This document shows, in pieces, positions 8,670-18,042 of a stretch of 64,000 nt of DNA. Each line of letters opens with the position of its first letter. Within the stretch, counting starts at the first letter, position 1. A model generated the notes under the pieces. That model did not search any database. It was not told the origin of the DNA and worked only from the letters and a program-made list of their open reading frames with translations. Source of the stretch: Smithella sp. PtaU1.Bin162 (GTDB lineage: Bacteria > Desulfobacterota > Syntrophia > Syntrophales > Smithellaceae); assembly GCA_002068015.1 (NCBI GenBank), contig MVRV01000184.1:13877-77876 (forward strand), given 5' to 3'. Both the position numbers and the translations under genes were made by a program.

Positions 8670-9803
8670 ATGGAGAACAGAAGCAAGAAAATTTGGCCGT
8701 TGATTTTCATTTTAATTGTATTTGTCTTTGTAACTGGTTGCGACAATAAGGAAGAGAAGAAGAATACTGCATCCACTGCAACTGCTGCGGTTGGAACTAA
8801 TCAAGCCCCGGCAACACCCCCGGCTGCCAGTGTTCCTGCTCCTGCCGGTTCAAATCCTGCGGCTTCTCCTGCTCAGTCATCCCCATCCGCACCGGCAGGA
8901 ACAGCTGCAAATCTTAGCGATATGGATGATGTTGTAGTAATTGTCGACGGCAGTATCTTGAAAAAATCAGAAGTGGAAAAAGAGTTCAAGGAAAAACTTG
9001 CTGCTGTTAAAGAAAAAATCCCGGCTGATAAGAAAAAAGAAGCCTGGCTAAATATGAAAAAGCAAAGAATGGAAGAATTTATTGCGCGCACTCTCATTAC
9101 GAATGAAGCAGAAAAAAGAAAAATGGAAGCAACCGATAAAGAAATCGATGCGACAATAAATCAAATTAAAAAGAGCCTCCCTCCCGGCAAAAAATTAGAT
9201 GCCTTTATGAAGGAAAATAATATTTCCCGGGAATATATCGCGCTTGGTGTCAAAGCAAAAAAAATGGTTAAGCAGGATCTCGGTAAAAAAGCAAAACCGT
9301 CAAAAGAGGAAATCGCTAAATTCTACGAAGAAAATAAAGAACAATTTACCGTTCCGGAAAGTGCCCATGTCCGTCATATTCTGGTAGCCTTCGTTGCAGG
9401 TGACGATGATAAAATAAAGGCGGAAAAGAAAGTAAAGATAGAGAACCTCCGTAAACAAGTGGTTGAAGGTGCTGATTTTGCTGAAGTTGCCCGAAAAAAC
9501 TCTGATTGTCCCAGCAAAGAAAAAGGGGGTGATCTGGGATTGATCAGAAAAGAGCAAACCGTAAAACCTTTTGAAGAAGCCGCGTTTTCGCAGGAAATTA
9601 ATGTTATCGGACCGGTTGTGGCAACTGAATTTGGTTATCATATAATTCAGGTATTGGAACGTAATGCACAAAAAATAACTCCTCAGGAAGAAGTAAAAGG
9701 CCAAATTACATCTCATCTGGAACAGCAAAAGGAAACGGAAGCTTTTACTAATTTAGTAAAGAAATTGCGGGAAAATGCGAAAATTATAATCTTTGAAAAT
9801 TGA
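8670..9803 (+). CDS. PpiC/parvulin-type peptidyl-prolyl isomerase lipoprotein (PrsA/SurA-like)
   Basis: Signal peptide plus lipobox VTGC, an Ala/Pro-rich linker, and a parvulin core (HVRHILV, GGDLGLI, GYHIIQV). Confidence 0.8.
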   Translation: MENRSKKIWPLIFILIVFVFVTGCDNKEEKKNTASTATAAVGTNQAPATPPAASVPAPAGSNPAASPAQSSPSAPAGTAANLSDMDDVVVIVDGSILKKSEVEKEFKEKLAAVKEKIPADKKKEAWLNMKKQRMEEFIARTLITNEAEKRKMEATDKEIDATINQIKKSLPPGKKLDAFMKENNISREYIALGVKAKKMVKQDLGKKAKPSKEEIAKFYEENKEQFTVPESAHVRHILVAFVAGDDDKIKAEKKVKIENLRKQVVEGADFAEVARKNSDCPSKEKGGDLGLIRKEQTVKPFEEAAFSQEINVIGPVVATEFGYHIIQVLERNAQKITPQEEVKGQITSHLEQQKETEAFTNLVKKLRENAKIIIFEN

Positions 9804-9859
9804 CCGGTAATTCGCAGAAATAAAATTTCGTAAATATTTATCAAGAAGCTGGAGTTGTA

Positions 9860-9900
9860 AAAAACTCAGGTTACTCTTCACCGGGTAACCTGAGTTTTTA
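9860..9900. terminator. bidirectional rho-independent terminator between the convergent PPIase gene and panB
   Basis: CTCAGGTTAC-10 nt-GTAACCTGAG, flanked by an A-run on the left and a T-run on the right. Confidence 0.75.
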
Positions 9901-9958
9901 TTTACAATCAATTGTCGGAGCATAACAGCCGTGAATATTCCAATAAGCAATCTGCCGG

Positions 9959-10777
9959 TTATTTAAAGCTGTGTTCGGCATCAGGGAAAGAGCTGATTTT
10001 AACGTCGGAGATATAGTTTTTAACTGCTTTTTTGATTTCCTGATTTAAGTTGGCGTATTTTTTCACATGTTTTGGCGTAAATTTATCAAAAAGCCCCAGC
10101 ATGTCGTTTACTACCAGAACCTGACCGTCACAATGAATGCCCGCTCCAATGCCGATAGTAGGAATGCTCAGTGATTTTGTTATTTCGGAAGCAAGCTTTT
10201 CCGGTACAAGTTCCAGAACAATGGAAAAGGCTCCGGCATCTTCCATTATCCTGGCGTCTTCAATGATTCTCAATGCGGCATCTTCTTTTTTACCTTGGAC
10301 TTTAAAGCCGCCGATTTGATGAATAGATTGGGGCGTCAGTCCCACATGGGCCATAACCGGGATTCCCGCTGAAGTAATTTTGTGCACAGCTTCCGCATAT
10401 TCTTTACCGCCTTCCATTTTAACGGCCTGAGCCCCGGCTTCCTGAAGAAAACGGCCGGCATTGGTTAAAGCGAGCTCCGGTGAAACCTGATAAGACAGAA
10501 AGGGCATGTCCGCAATAATCAGGGAATTCGGTGCTCCCCGGGAAACCGATTTTGTATGGTGCAGCATATCTTCCATCGTTACAGGGAGTGTCGTATCATA
10601 TCCTAAAACTACCATTCCCAGCGAGTCTCCCACCAGAATCATATCAATACCGCATTCATCAAGGATGGATGATATTGCATAATCATAAGCCGTGAGCACG
10701 GTAATTTTTTCACCAAGCTCTTTCATCTTTTTTATATCCAGAATGGTTTTCCGGCTGCTTTTATTTTGACTGCTCAT
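9959..10777 (-). CDS. panB: 3-methyl-2-oxobutanoate hydroxymethyltransferase
   Basis: Contains LTAYDY, VGDSLGMVVLGYDTTLPVT and the GAQAVKMEGG motif. Confidence 0.9.
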   Translation of the reverse strand: MSSQNKSSRKTILDIKKMKELGEKITVLTAYDYAISSILDECGIDMILVGDSLGMVVLGYDTTLPVTMEDMLHHTKSVSRGAPNSLIIADMPFLSYQVSPELALTNAGRFLQEAGAQAVKMEGGKEYAEAVHKITSAGIPVMAHVGLTPQSIHQIGGFKVQGKKEDAALRIIEDARIMEDAGAFSIVLELVPEKLASEITKSLSIPTIGIGAGIHCDGQVLVVNDMLGLFDKFTPKHVKKYANLNQEIKKAVKNYISDVKISSFPDAEHSFK

Positions 10778-11660
10778 ATTTGGTAACTCCTTTCAAAAGA
10801 TCATTGATTATTCTTGCCTGCTTTAAAGATAATGTACCTTTTTTCCGGGCAATATTTGTCGTAACCGACCCTAATGCTGAATAAAGCGAAGAATGCTGAG
10901 GATGTAATTTTTTAATTGCGGTTATGTGTTTCCTGATTGTACTGACATCACCGCGGGCAATTGGGCCGGTGAGGGCGCTGATTGATCCTGATGATTCAAT
11001 GTTTTTAAGGGTGCCGTAAACCAAAGGCAAATAAGCTTTTCGGGCATTTTCCTCATTTATGCCCACGGATTCATAGATTAATTCGACTACATTGAGCAAT
11101 GAAACAAGATAATTGGAAGCAAAACAAGCTGCTGCATGATAGAGCGGCTTTTGATCAGGGGAAATAAAAATGGGAGTACCTCCGAGATTCCGGACAATTT
11201 TTACGGCATATTTTTTTGCTTTATTCTCGGCGGTAATTCCAAAAACACTACCGGGAAGATTATTAATGGCGCTATCGATCGAAGAAAAGCTTTGTACCGG
11301 ATGGACACTGGCGACAGCAGCACCGGCTTTTTTGGCAGAATCAAGAAGATCAAGGCCGCCGGCACCACTCATATGAAAAATAAATTTCCCGCAAACCAGC
11401 CTGGGGTCGGCAATTTCCTTACAAACAATGGCAATAATATCGTCCGGGGTAGTGATTAAAATAATATCAGCTTCTTGAACAGCTCGTTTGGGATCACGAA
11501 AAGCTCTGCCTCCGGTGTAGGGCAGGGCTTTTTTTAAAGCGGCCGCAGATTTGTCGGAAACAGCAATAATCCGATGGCCGCATTTCTTAAGTAAATAGCC
11601 GATTGCCGTTCCCACTTTACCCAAGCCGATAATCGCGAATCCGTATGAATCTTTTTTCAT
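10761..11660 (-). CDS. Rossmann-fold NAD(P)-binding protein with a DUF2520-like C-terminus
   Basis: N-terminal IIGLGKVGTAIG dinucleotide-binding motif. It overlaps the panB start by 17 nt. See findings for the possible ketopantoate reductase role. Confidence 0.65.
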   Translation of the reverse strand: MKKDSYGFAIIGLGKVGTAIGYLLKKCGHRIIAVSDKSAAALKKALPYTGGRAFRDPKRAVQEADIILITTPDDIIAIVCKEIADPRLVCGKFIFHMSGAGGLDLLDSAKKAGAAVASVHPVQSFSSIDSAINNLPGSVFGITAENKAKKYAVKIVRNLGGTPIFISPDQKPLYHAAACFASNYLVSLLNVVELIYESVGINEENARKAYLPLVYGTLKNIESSGSISALTGPIARGDVSTIRKHITAIKKLHPQHSSLYSALGSVTTNIARKKGTLSLKQARIINDLLKGVTKYEQSK

Positions 11661-11663
11661 GGC

Positions 11664-11700
11664 AAAAAATAAAAAAGGTCTTCCGCTAGCGAAAGACCTT
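11664..11700 (-). terminator. strong intrinsic-terminator-like hairpin 3 nt upstream of the pan operon start codon
   Basis: Minus strand reads AAGGUCUUUCG-CUAG-CGGAAGACCUU (11 bp, tetraloop), then UUUUUUAUUUUUU, then GCC-AUG. The T-tract is on the minus strand only. Confidence 0.6.
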
Positions 11701-11970
11701 TATCCAGACTAATTTAGTATAATTGAGCGCCGTCTCAGTCTAATAAATGGATCCAAGCGGTGGATTTTCACTAACACATGCATTACCGATAGTCAAACAA
11801 TATTTATAACTTATCTTTATTTGAATGCGTGCAATCATTATTGCTATGGTAATATTTCTTTATGTGTTCCAATACATATTGCGTTCTTCAATGGTCCGGC
11901 CCGACTAACCAAGAATCAATCTTGTTGTGTTTAACCAAGCAGTTCGTTATATAGAAAAGAAAGGTGCGTA

Positions 11971-12615
11971 ATGAAAGAAGTCGATCTGATAATATTTGAT
12001 TTTGACGGTACCCTCGTTTCTACAGGTACTGATCTTGCCGCGGCTGTAAATTACACCTTGGTAAAATTAGGTTGCGGGCGGAAACAAGAAGAAGAAATCA
12101 TTGGTTTTGTGGGTGATGGCGTAGCAAAATTAATCGAAAGGGCTTTGGGAGTGGACGCGCTTGAACATTTTCCTGAAGCCATAAAAATATTTGATAACTA
12201 TTATAGCGAACATTTATTGGACAGAACCGTGCTTTGTCCGGGTGCGGAAGAAATTTTAAAATATTTTCGGAATAAAACGAAAGTGATTCTTACCAATAAA
12301 CGTTATAATTATACTCAGGCTATCAGCCGGGGTTTAGGTATTGAAGATTATTTTTTAGAGATAATTGGTGATGGTTCAATGCCTTACAGAAAACCGGATA
12401 AACGCTTGATGGATTATTTATTGACTAAATACAGCACGGAAAAAGAAAGAGCGGTTATAATTGGTGACGGTATAAATGATATTATTCTTGCACATAAGTC
12501 GGGAATCCTTAGTTGTGCCTGTTTAAATGGTTTAGGTAAAAGAGAAGATTTGCTTGCCTCCCGGGCCGATTTTTATTGCGAAGATCTTCGGGAAATTAGT
12601 TCATTTTTTTATTAG
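11971..12615 (+). CDS. gph: HAD-superfamily phosphatase (phosphoglycolate phosphatase-like)
   Basis: Motif I FDFDGTLV and motif IV GDGINDI. Confidence 0.7.
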   Translation: MKEVDLIIFDFDGTLVSTGTDLAAAVNYTLVKLGCGRKQEEEIIGFVGDGVAKLIERALGVDALEHFPEAIKIFDNYYSEHLLDRTVLCPGAEEILKYFRNKTKVILTNKRYNYTQAISRGLGIEDYFLEIIGDGSMPYRKPDKRLMDYLLTKYSTEKERAVIIGDGINDIILAHKSGILSCACLNGLGKREDLLASRADFYCEDLREISSFFY

Positions 12616-12617
12616 AT

Positions 12618-13991
12618 ATGATTGAAAAAGTAAAACAAACGATAATTAAATACGGTTTGTTGAAAAATAATGAACGTGTTGTTGTTGGATTTTCCGGTGG
12701 TCCTGATTCTACAGCACTTGTACTAACTCTTGCGCAAATAGCCCCATCAATTGGTGCTCAATTGATAATTGCCCATTTTAATCATGGACTGCGAGGTCAA
12801 GAATCAAACGAAGATGAACGGTTTGCACGCAAATTGGCAAAAAAGATGAACTTAACTTTCATCTCCGGAAAAATGAATACTGAAGATGATAGGAAAAGCC
12901 TTTCCCCGGAAGATTTTTACCGAAGGCAGAGGTACCGGTTTTTCAATGAAGTAGCGAAAAATAACCGTGCGGTAAAGATAGCCCTGGGACATAATTTACA
13001 GGATCAGGCGGAAACAGTGCTGCTTCATCTTTTGCGGGGAAGTGGTTTGGAAGGCCTCAAAGGGATTCTGCCGCTGCGTGACGGGAAATATATCCGTCCT
13101 TTGATTGAAACAACACGGCAGGAAATTATTTCTTTTCTGGATAAAGAAAAAATTACTTACCGCCGGGATAGTTCGAACGCCGATAAAAATCATTTACGCA
13201 ACAAAATCCGTCTGGAACTTCTGCCTTATTTAAAAAAAGAATTTAATCCCCAAATTGATGTAACTATCGCCCAAATGGCTGAAATTATTCGTGACGAGAA
13301 TGTTTTTATTAACGAATGTGTCGATAAGGCATTAAAATCACCATACATTCAAAGCGGGAAAAACAAAATTGTCATGAATATGGAATATCTGGGCAGTCTG
13401 CCTGTTGCAATTCACCGCAGATTGTTAAAAGAGCTTTTGGAAGATTTCAATACACAAAAAAACGGAGTTACTTTTTTGCATATCAATTTGATCAGTAATC
13501 TGCTCCGGAATCCGGAATCGGGGAAAAAAATATCTCTTCCCGGTGGAATTCAGGCACGACATGAATATGAAAGTTTAATTCTGGAGAGGGGGGCTCCAGG
13601 TGAAAAGAGTGTTAAATATGAATACCGGGTTGAAATACCCGGCTCCATTTATCTTAAAGAAAGAGACATGACGGTTTCCATGCACCTGCGAAAAAAAGAT
13701 AAAATTGACTTTCATAATAAAAATAAAAACTACTTTGATTTGAATAAAATACGTTTCCCATTGGTTTTACGCAACAGAAGGGAAGGAGATTGGTTTCAAC
13801 CCCTTGGTATGGTAGGCCGGCAAAAGCTTAAATCATTTTTTATCGACCATAAGATCTCCCGGCAAAAACGTGATGAAATCATGCTACTTGCGGATGAACA
13901 ATCAATCCTTTGGATAGAAAATATGCATTTGAATGATCGGGTAAAAATAACTCCGGAGACAAAAAAAGTCCTTGAGTTAGAAATTATTTGA
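12618..13991 (+). CDS. tilS: tRNA(Ile)-lysidine synthase
   Basis: PP-loop SGGPDS with the HFNHGLRG motif. Length is 457 aa, including the C-terminal TilS domain. Confidence 0.85.
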   Translation: MIEKVKQTIIKYGLLKNNERVVVGFSGGPDSTALVLTLAQIAPSIGAQLIIAHFNHGLRGQESNEDERFARKLAKKMNLTFISGKMNTEDDRKSLSPEDFYRRQRYRFFNEVAKNNRAVKIALGHNLQDQAETVLLHLLRGSGLEGLKGILPLRDGKYIRPLIETTRQEIISFLDKEKITYRRDSSNADKNHLRNKIRLELLPYLKKEFNPQIDVTIAQMAEIIRDENVFINECVDKALKSPYIQSGKNKIVMNMEYLGSLPVAIHRRLLKELLEDFNTQKNGVTFLHINLISNLLRNPESGKKISLPGGIQARHEYESLILERGAPGEKSVKYEYRVEIPGSIYLKERDMTVSMHLRKKDKIDFHNKNKNYFDLNKIRFPLVLRNRREGDWFQPLGMVGRQKLKSFFIDHKISRQKRDEIMLLADEQSILWIENMHLNDRVKITPETKKVLELEII

Positions 13992-14049
13992 GATTAATTG
14001 GATATTATTATAAAGATCATTAAACATAATTAATTTAAGGAGAAAAAAT

Positions 14050-15879
14050 TTGAACCAGTCTCAAAAAAATATCGCTCTTGTACTAACAGTCCTTCTTGTC
14101 TTTTTGCTGGTCTGGCAGCTTTTTAATCAACCGAAAAGTTCACAGAAGGAAATAATATATAGCGAAATGATTTCTTATCTGGAAAAAAACGAAATCAGTG
14201 AAGTAACCATCCAGGGTGAAAATATAACAGGTAAACTGACCAGCGGGAATGTTTTCAAAACTTATGCTCCCAAAGACGATAAAATAATCACTCAATTTCG
14301 GGAAAAAGGTGTAAAAATTTCAGCTAAACCTGCGGACGATTCTCCCTGGTATATGACGCTTCTGGTTTCCTGGTTTCCGATGATTTTACTCATCGGTGTC
14401 TGGATATTCTTCATGCGTCAGATGCAGTCCGGCGGAGGGAAAGCGATGGCTTTCGGAAAAAGCCGGGCTCGTTTGATTACGGACAAGTCAAAGAAAGTAA
14501 CTTTTGCCGATGTTGCCGGTATTGATGAAGCCAAGGCGGAATTGGAAGAAGTGATTGACTTCTTAAAAGATCCCAAAAAATATACGAAACTGGGCGGCAG
14601 AATTCCCAAAGGCTTATTGCTGGTTGGCCCTCCCGGTACGGGTAAGACTCTTTTGGCCCGCGCTATTGCGGGCGAAGCGGATGTCCCCTTCTTGAGTATC
14701 AGCGGTTCCGATTTTGTAGAGATGTTTGTTGGAGTTGGAGCATCGCGTGTTCGCGACTTATTCAACCAAGCCAAGAAAAATGCACCTTGTATCATTTTTA
14801 TTGATGAAATCGATGCAGTCGGCCGGCATCGCGGAGCAGGTCTGGGCGGAGGCCATGATGAAAGAGAGCAAACCCTTAATCAATTGCTGGTGGAAATGGA
14901 CGGTTTTGAGTCCAATGAAGGCGTAATTCTGATTTCCGCCACAAACCGGCCGGATGTTCTTGATCCGGCGCTGCTGCGCCCAGGAAGATTTGACCGTCAG
15001 GTCATAGTGCCTCTGCCGGATGTGAAAGGACGGGAAAAAATTTTTGCGGTTCATGCCCGTAAAGCTCCTATTACCGAAGATGTAGATTTTGCTATTCTGG
15101 CCAGAGGAACGCCGGGAACATCAGGGGCAGACATCGAGAATCTGGTTAATGAAGCCGTCCTTAACGCGGCAAGAGCGAATAAAGAAAAAGTCAATATGAG
15201 CGATTTTGAATTCGCCAAAGATAAAATTTTAATGGGTACCGAAAGAAGAAGCATGGTTATCAGCGATCTGGAAAAACGCAATACGGCTTATCATGAAACA
15301 GGGCACGCTCTGGTGGCACGTTTAATGCCGGGAACGGATCCTATCCATAAAGTGACGATTATACCCCGGGGCAGGGCTTTAGGCTTGACACAGCAATTAC
15401 CGATTGATGAAAAGCATACATATCCGCGGGAATATCTGGATAAAAACATTGCAATCCTTTTGGGCGGTCGTGCTGCGGAAGAAATAGTTCTGCACGATTT
15501 TACAACCGGAGCAGGCAATGATATTGAACGGGCGACCAATCTGGCCAGAAAAATGGTCTGTGAATGGGGAATGAGTAAAAAACTGGGACCACTGAGCTAT
15601 GGCAAAAAGGAAGAACAAATATTCCTGGGTCGGGAATTTGCGACACATAAGGACTACAGTGAAGAAACCGCAAAAAATATTGACGTCGAAGTTATGTCCC
15701 TGGTTATGCAAAATTATGAAAAAGCAAAAAAGCTGCTTTCCGACCATATCGACATCCTGCACAAAATAGCCGAGGAACTTCTGGAGAAGGAAGTATTAAA
15801 TGGTCAGGAAATTGATGCCATAATCGGCGATGCATTACCAAAGCAGCTGCAAACAGCAGATTCAAAAAGCATGTCATAA
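14050..15879 (+). CDS. ftsH: ATP-dependent zinc metalloprotease FtsH
   Basis: Walker A GPPGTGKT, the SRH region and the HETGHAL zinc motif. The TTG start lies 7 nt after AAGGAG. Confidence 0.95.
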   Translation: MNQSQKNIALVLTVLLVFLLVWQLFNQPKSSQKEIIYSEMISYLEKNEISEVTIQGENITGKLTSGNVFKTYAPKDDKIITQFREKGVKISAKPADDSPWYMTLLVSWFPMILLIGVWIFFMRQMQSGGGKAMAFGKSRARLITDKSKKVTFADVAGIDEAKAELEEVIDFLKDPKKYTKLGGRIPKGLLLVGPPGTGKTLLARAIAGEADVPFLSISGSDFVEMFVGVGASRVRDLFNQAKKNAPCIIFIDEIDAVGRHRGAGLGGGHDEREQTLNQLLVEMDGFESNEGVILISATNRPDVLDPALLRPGRFDRQVIVPLPDVKGREKIFAVHARKAPITEDVDFAILARGTPGTSGADIENLVNEAVLNAARANKEKVNMSDFEFAKDKILMGTERRSMVISDLEKRNTAYHETGHALVARLMPGTDPIHKVTIIPRGRALGLTQQLPIDEKHTYPREYLDKNIAILLGGRAAEEIVLHDFTTGAGNDIERATNLARKMVCEWGMSKKLGPLSYGKKEEQIFLGREFATHKDYSEETAKNIDVEVMSLVMQNYEKAKKLLSDHIDILHKIAEELLEKEVLNGQEIDAIIGDALPKQLQTADSKSMS

Positions 15880-15934
15880 TTTGTTTCTGGAAGAGATTCA
15901 TTTCTAAACCAATAGAATTTGACGAAACATTGGC

Positions 15935-17131
15935 GTGATGAAAATCATTAACATCAGAGATTTATCTCAGGCGGCGGCTGTATTTAAGGAAATCGGCGTC
16001 GATCCCTATGGTATTGAAGCCATGTTGCCGAAAACAATGAATGTTAACATCCTGCTGGAAAATAAGCCGTGCCGTGTTGCCAATATTATCAAACAGGAGA
16101 TTTTGTCGATCGGTGGAGATGCGGCAGTAGCAAGAGGAAGTGTCGACAACAGTATTCCATCAACGAATGTTTTAATTATGGGTACAATAAAGCAAATTTC
16201 ATCTCTGACTGTGAAACTTGAAAAACAACCTTTTGGATTAAATATAATTTCCAGAGATATTTGCAAATTGCTCGAAAATATCAAGCAGAATGAATTTATT
16301 TTAAAAACGTCACGCCGGAAAATTCCATTGGGACAAAAAACACTGATTATGGGTATTTTAAATGTAACACCTGATTCATTTTCCGATGGAGGCCTTTATT
16401 ATTCGCAAAAAGAAGCAATCGATCACGGAATGCAGATGATTGCCGACGGAGCGGATATTATTGATATAGGCGGAGAATCAACGCGTCCGGGTGCGGCAGC
16501 TGTTTCGCTCAAGGAAGAATTAAGAAGAGTAATTCCCGTGATCAGCGAGATTACCAGCCAGTCAAAAATACCGGTTTCCATTGATACGTCGAAAGCTCGG
16601 GTAGCCGAAGAAGCCATTGCGTCCGGAGCGGAAATAGTCAATGATATAAGTGCCTTTCATAATGATAAAAAAATGATGCAGACGGCAAAAGCAGGCCGGG
16701 CTGCGATAATACTCATGCATATGCGGGGCAGACCGCATAATATGCAGCAAGGTAACCTGATCTACAATAATTTAATGGGTGAAATAATTTCATTTCTTGG
16801 TAACGCTGTTGCAGAAGCTATTGCCGGTGGTATAAAAAAAGACAAACTGGTAGTTGATCCGGGGATAGGTTTCGGAAAAACAATCGCGGACAATTATCGG
16901 ATTATCAACAGTCTTGCCGAATTGAAAACCTTGGGGGTTCCGATAATAATGGGGACATCCAGAAAATCGTTTATTGGTAAAATAACAGGGGAAGAACCTC
17001 AGGGAAGAGTTGAAGGAACAGCAGCCACAGTTGCTGCGGCAATATTAAACGGCTGTCATATTATACGTGTGCACGATGTTGTTTCTATGAAAAAAGTTGC
17101 CGCCATTACCGATGCTATTTTGCATTCATAA
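15935..17131 (+). CDS. folP: dihydropteroate synthase with an N-terminal extension of about 125 aa
   Basis: The DHPS core begins at LIMGILNVTPDSFSDGG and includes DIGGESTRPG. A non-DHPS domain precedes it. Confidence 0.85.
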   Translation: MMKIINIRDLSQAAAVFKEIGVDPYGIEAMLPKTMNVNILLENKPCRVANIIKQEILSIGGDAAVARGSVDNSIPSTNVLIMGTIKQISSLTVKLEKQPFGLNIISRDICKLLENIKQNEFILKTSRRKIPLGQKTLIMGILNVTPDSFSDGGLYYSQKEAIDHGMQMIADGADIIDIGGESTRPGAAAVSLKEELRRVIPVISEITSQSKIPVSIDTSKARVAEEAIASGAEIVNDISAFHNDKKMMQTAKAGRAAIILMHMRGRPHNMQQGNLIYNNLMGEIISFLGNAVAEAIAGGIKKDKLVVDPGIGFGKTIADNYRIINSLAELKTLGVPIIMGTSRKSFIGKITGEEPQGRVEGTAATVAAAILNGCHIIRVHDVVSMKKVAAITDAILHS

Positions 17132-17141
17132 AAGGTTGAAA

Positions 17142-17522
17142 ATGATTTACGGGGTGGGAATAGATTTGGTGGAAAATGATCGTTTGGCAAAAATTATCGC
17201 CAAATGGGGGGACAAGTTTCTGCAGCGTGTATTTTGCGATAGCGAAATAAAATATTGCGGAAAACATACACAGAGTTCAATTAATTACGGTGCACGATTT
17301 GCGGCCAAAGAATCTTTTCTTAAAGCCTTAGGTATCGGCCTGGGAATGGGAGTAAAATTTAAGGAAATTGAAGTTGTTAATGATAAGAACGGCAAGCCTG
17401 ATCTGTTATTGCGGGGTGAAGCAAAAAAACAGATTGAAAAAAAACGAATTGCCGAAGTGCATTTAAGTTTAACCCATACTAAAAATTATGCGTCAGCAAT
17501 TGTTTTGTTGGAAAAAAAATAA
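17142..17522 (+). CDS. acpS: holo-[acyl-carrier-protein] synthase
   Basis: MIYGVGIDLVE N-terminus, about 126 aa. The track ORF starting at 17097 overlaps folP and is probably over-extended. Confidence 0.85.
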   Translation: MIYGVGIDLVENDRLAKIIAKWGDKFLQRVFCDSEIKYCGKHTQSSINYGARFAAKESFLKALGIGLGMGVKFKEIEVVNDKNGKPDLLLRGEAKKQIEKKRIAEVHLSLTHTKNYASAIVLLEKK

Positions 17523-17550
17523 ATAAAGTGTTAGATTGCCGCCATTTTTA

Positions 17551-18036
17551 ATGGAACAGGAAAAAGCAGAAATTAAAATAATAACGAATAATGCCCTTGA
17601 AACTTTTACCTTTGCCCGTCATATCGGGGAAAAGTTAAAGGGAGGCGATATACTCGCGTTATCGGGTGAACTTGGATCAGGGAAAACATGCTTTACCGGT
17701 GGCCTGGCACGGGGACTGGGAGTTGATGAAAAATATTCGATAACCAGTCCGACTTTTACATTGATTAATGAGTATCCGGCTAAATTCAGATTATATCATT
17801 TCGACGTTTACAGATTGAACAGCTGTGCCGATTTGGATGATTTAGGATACGAAGAGTATTTTGCAGGGAATGGTGTCGTGGTTATTGAATGGGCGGAAAA
17901 AATTGCCAAACTTATTCCGGAAACAGCAATTCATGTTAATTTCGAGTATGTTGATGAAGATAAACGGAAAATAATTATTAAAGGCCAGTCATGCAGACTG
18001 AAAGAATTTCGTATTGATACAAAAGACGGAGGATGA
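17551..18036 (+). CDS. tsaE: tRNA t6A37 biosynthesis ATPase TsaE
   Basis: GELGSGKT P-loop and the SPTFTLINEY motif. The start could also be the TTG at 17536. Confidence 0.8.
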   Translation: MEQEKAEIKIITNNALETFTFARHIGEKLKGGDILALSGELGSGKTCFTGGLARGLGVDEKYSITSPTFTLINEYPAKFRLYHFDVYRLNSCADLDDLGYEEYFAGNGVVVIEWAEKIAKLIPETAIHVNFEYVDEDKRKIIIKGQSCRLKEFRIDTKDGG

Positions 18037-18042
18037 AAAAAA

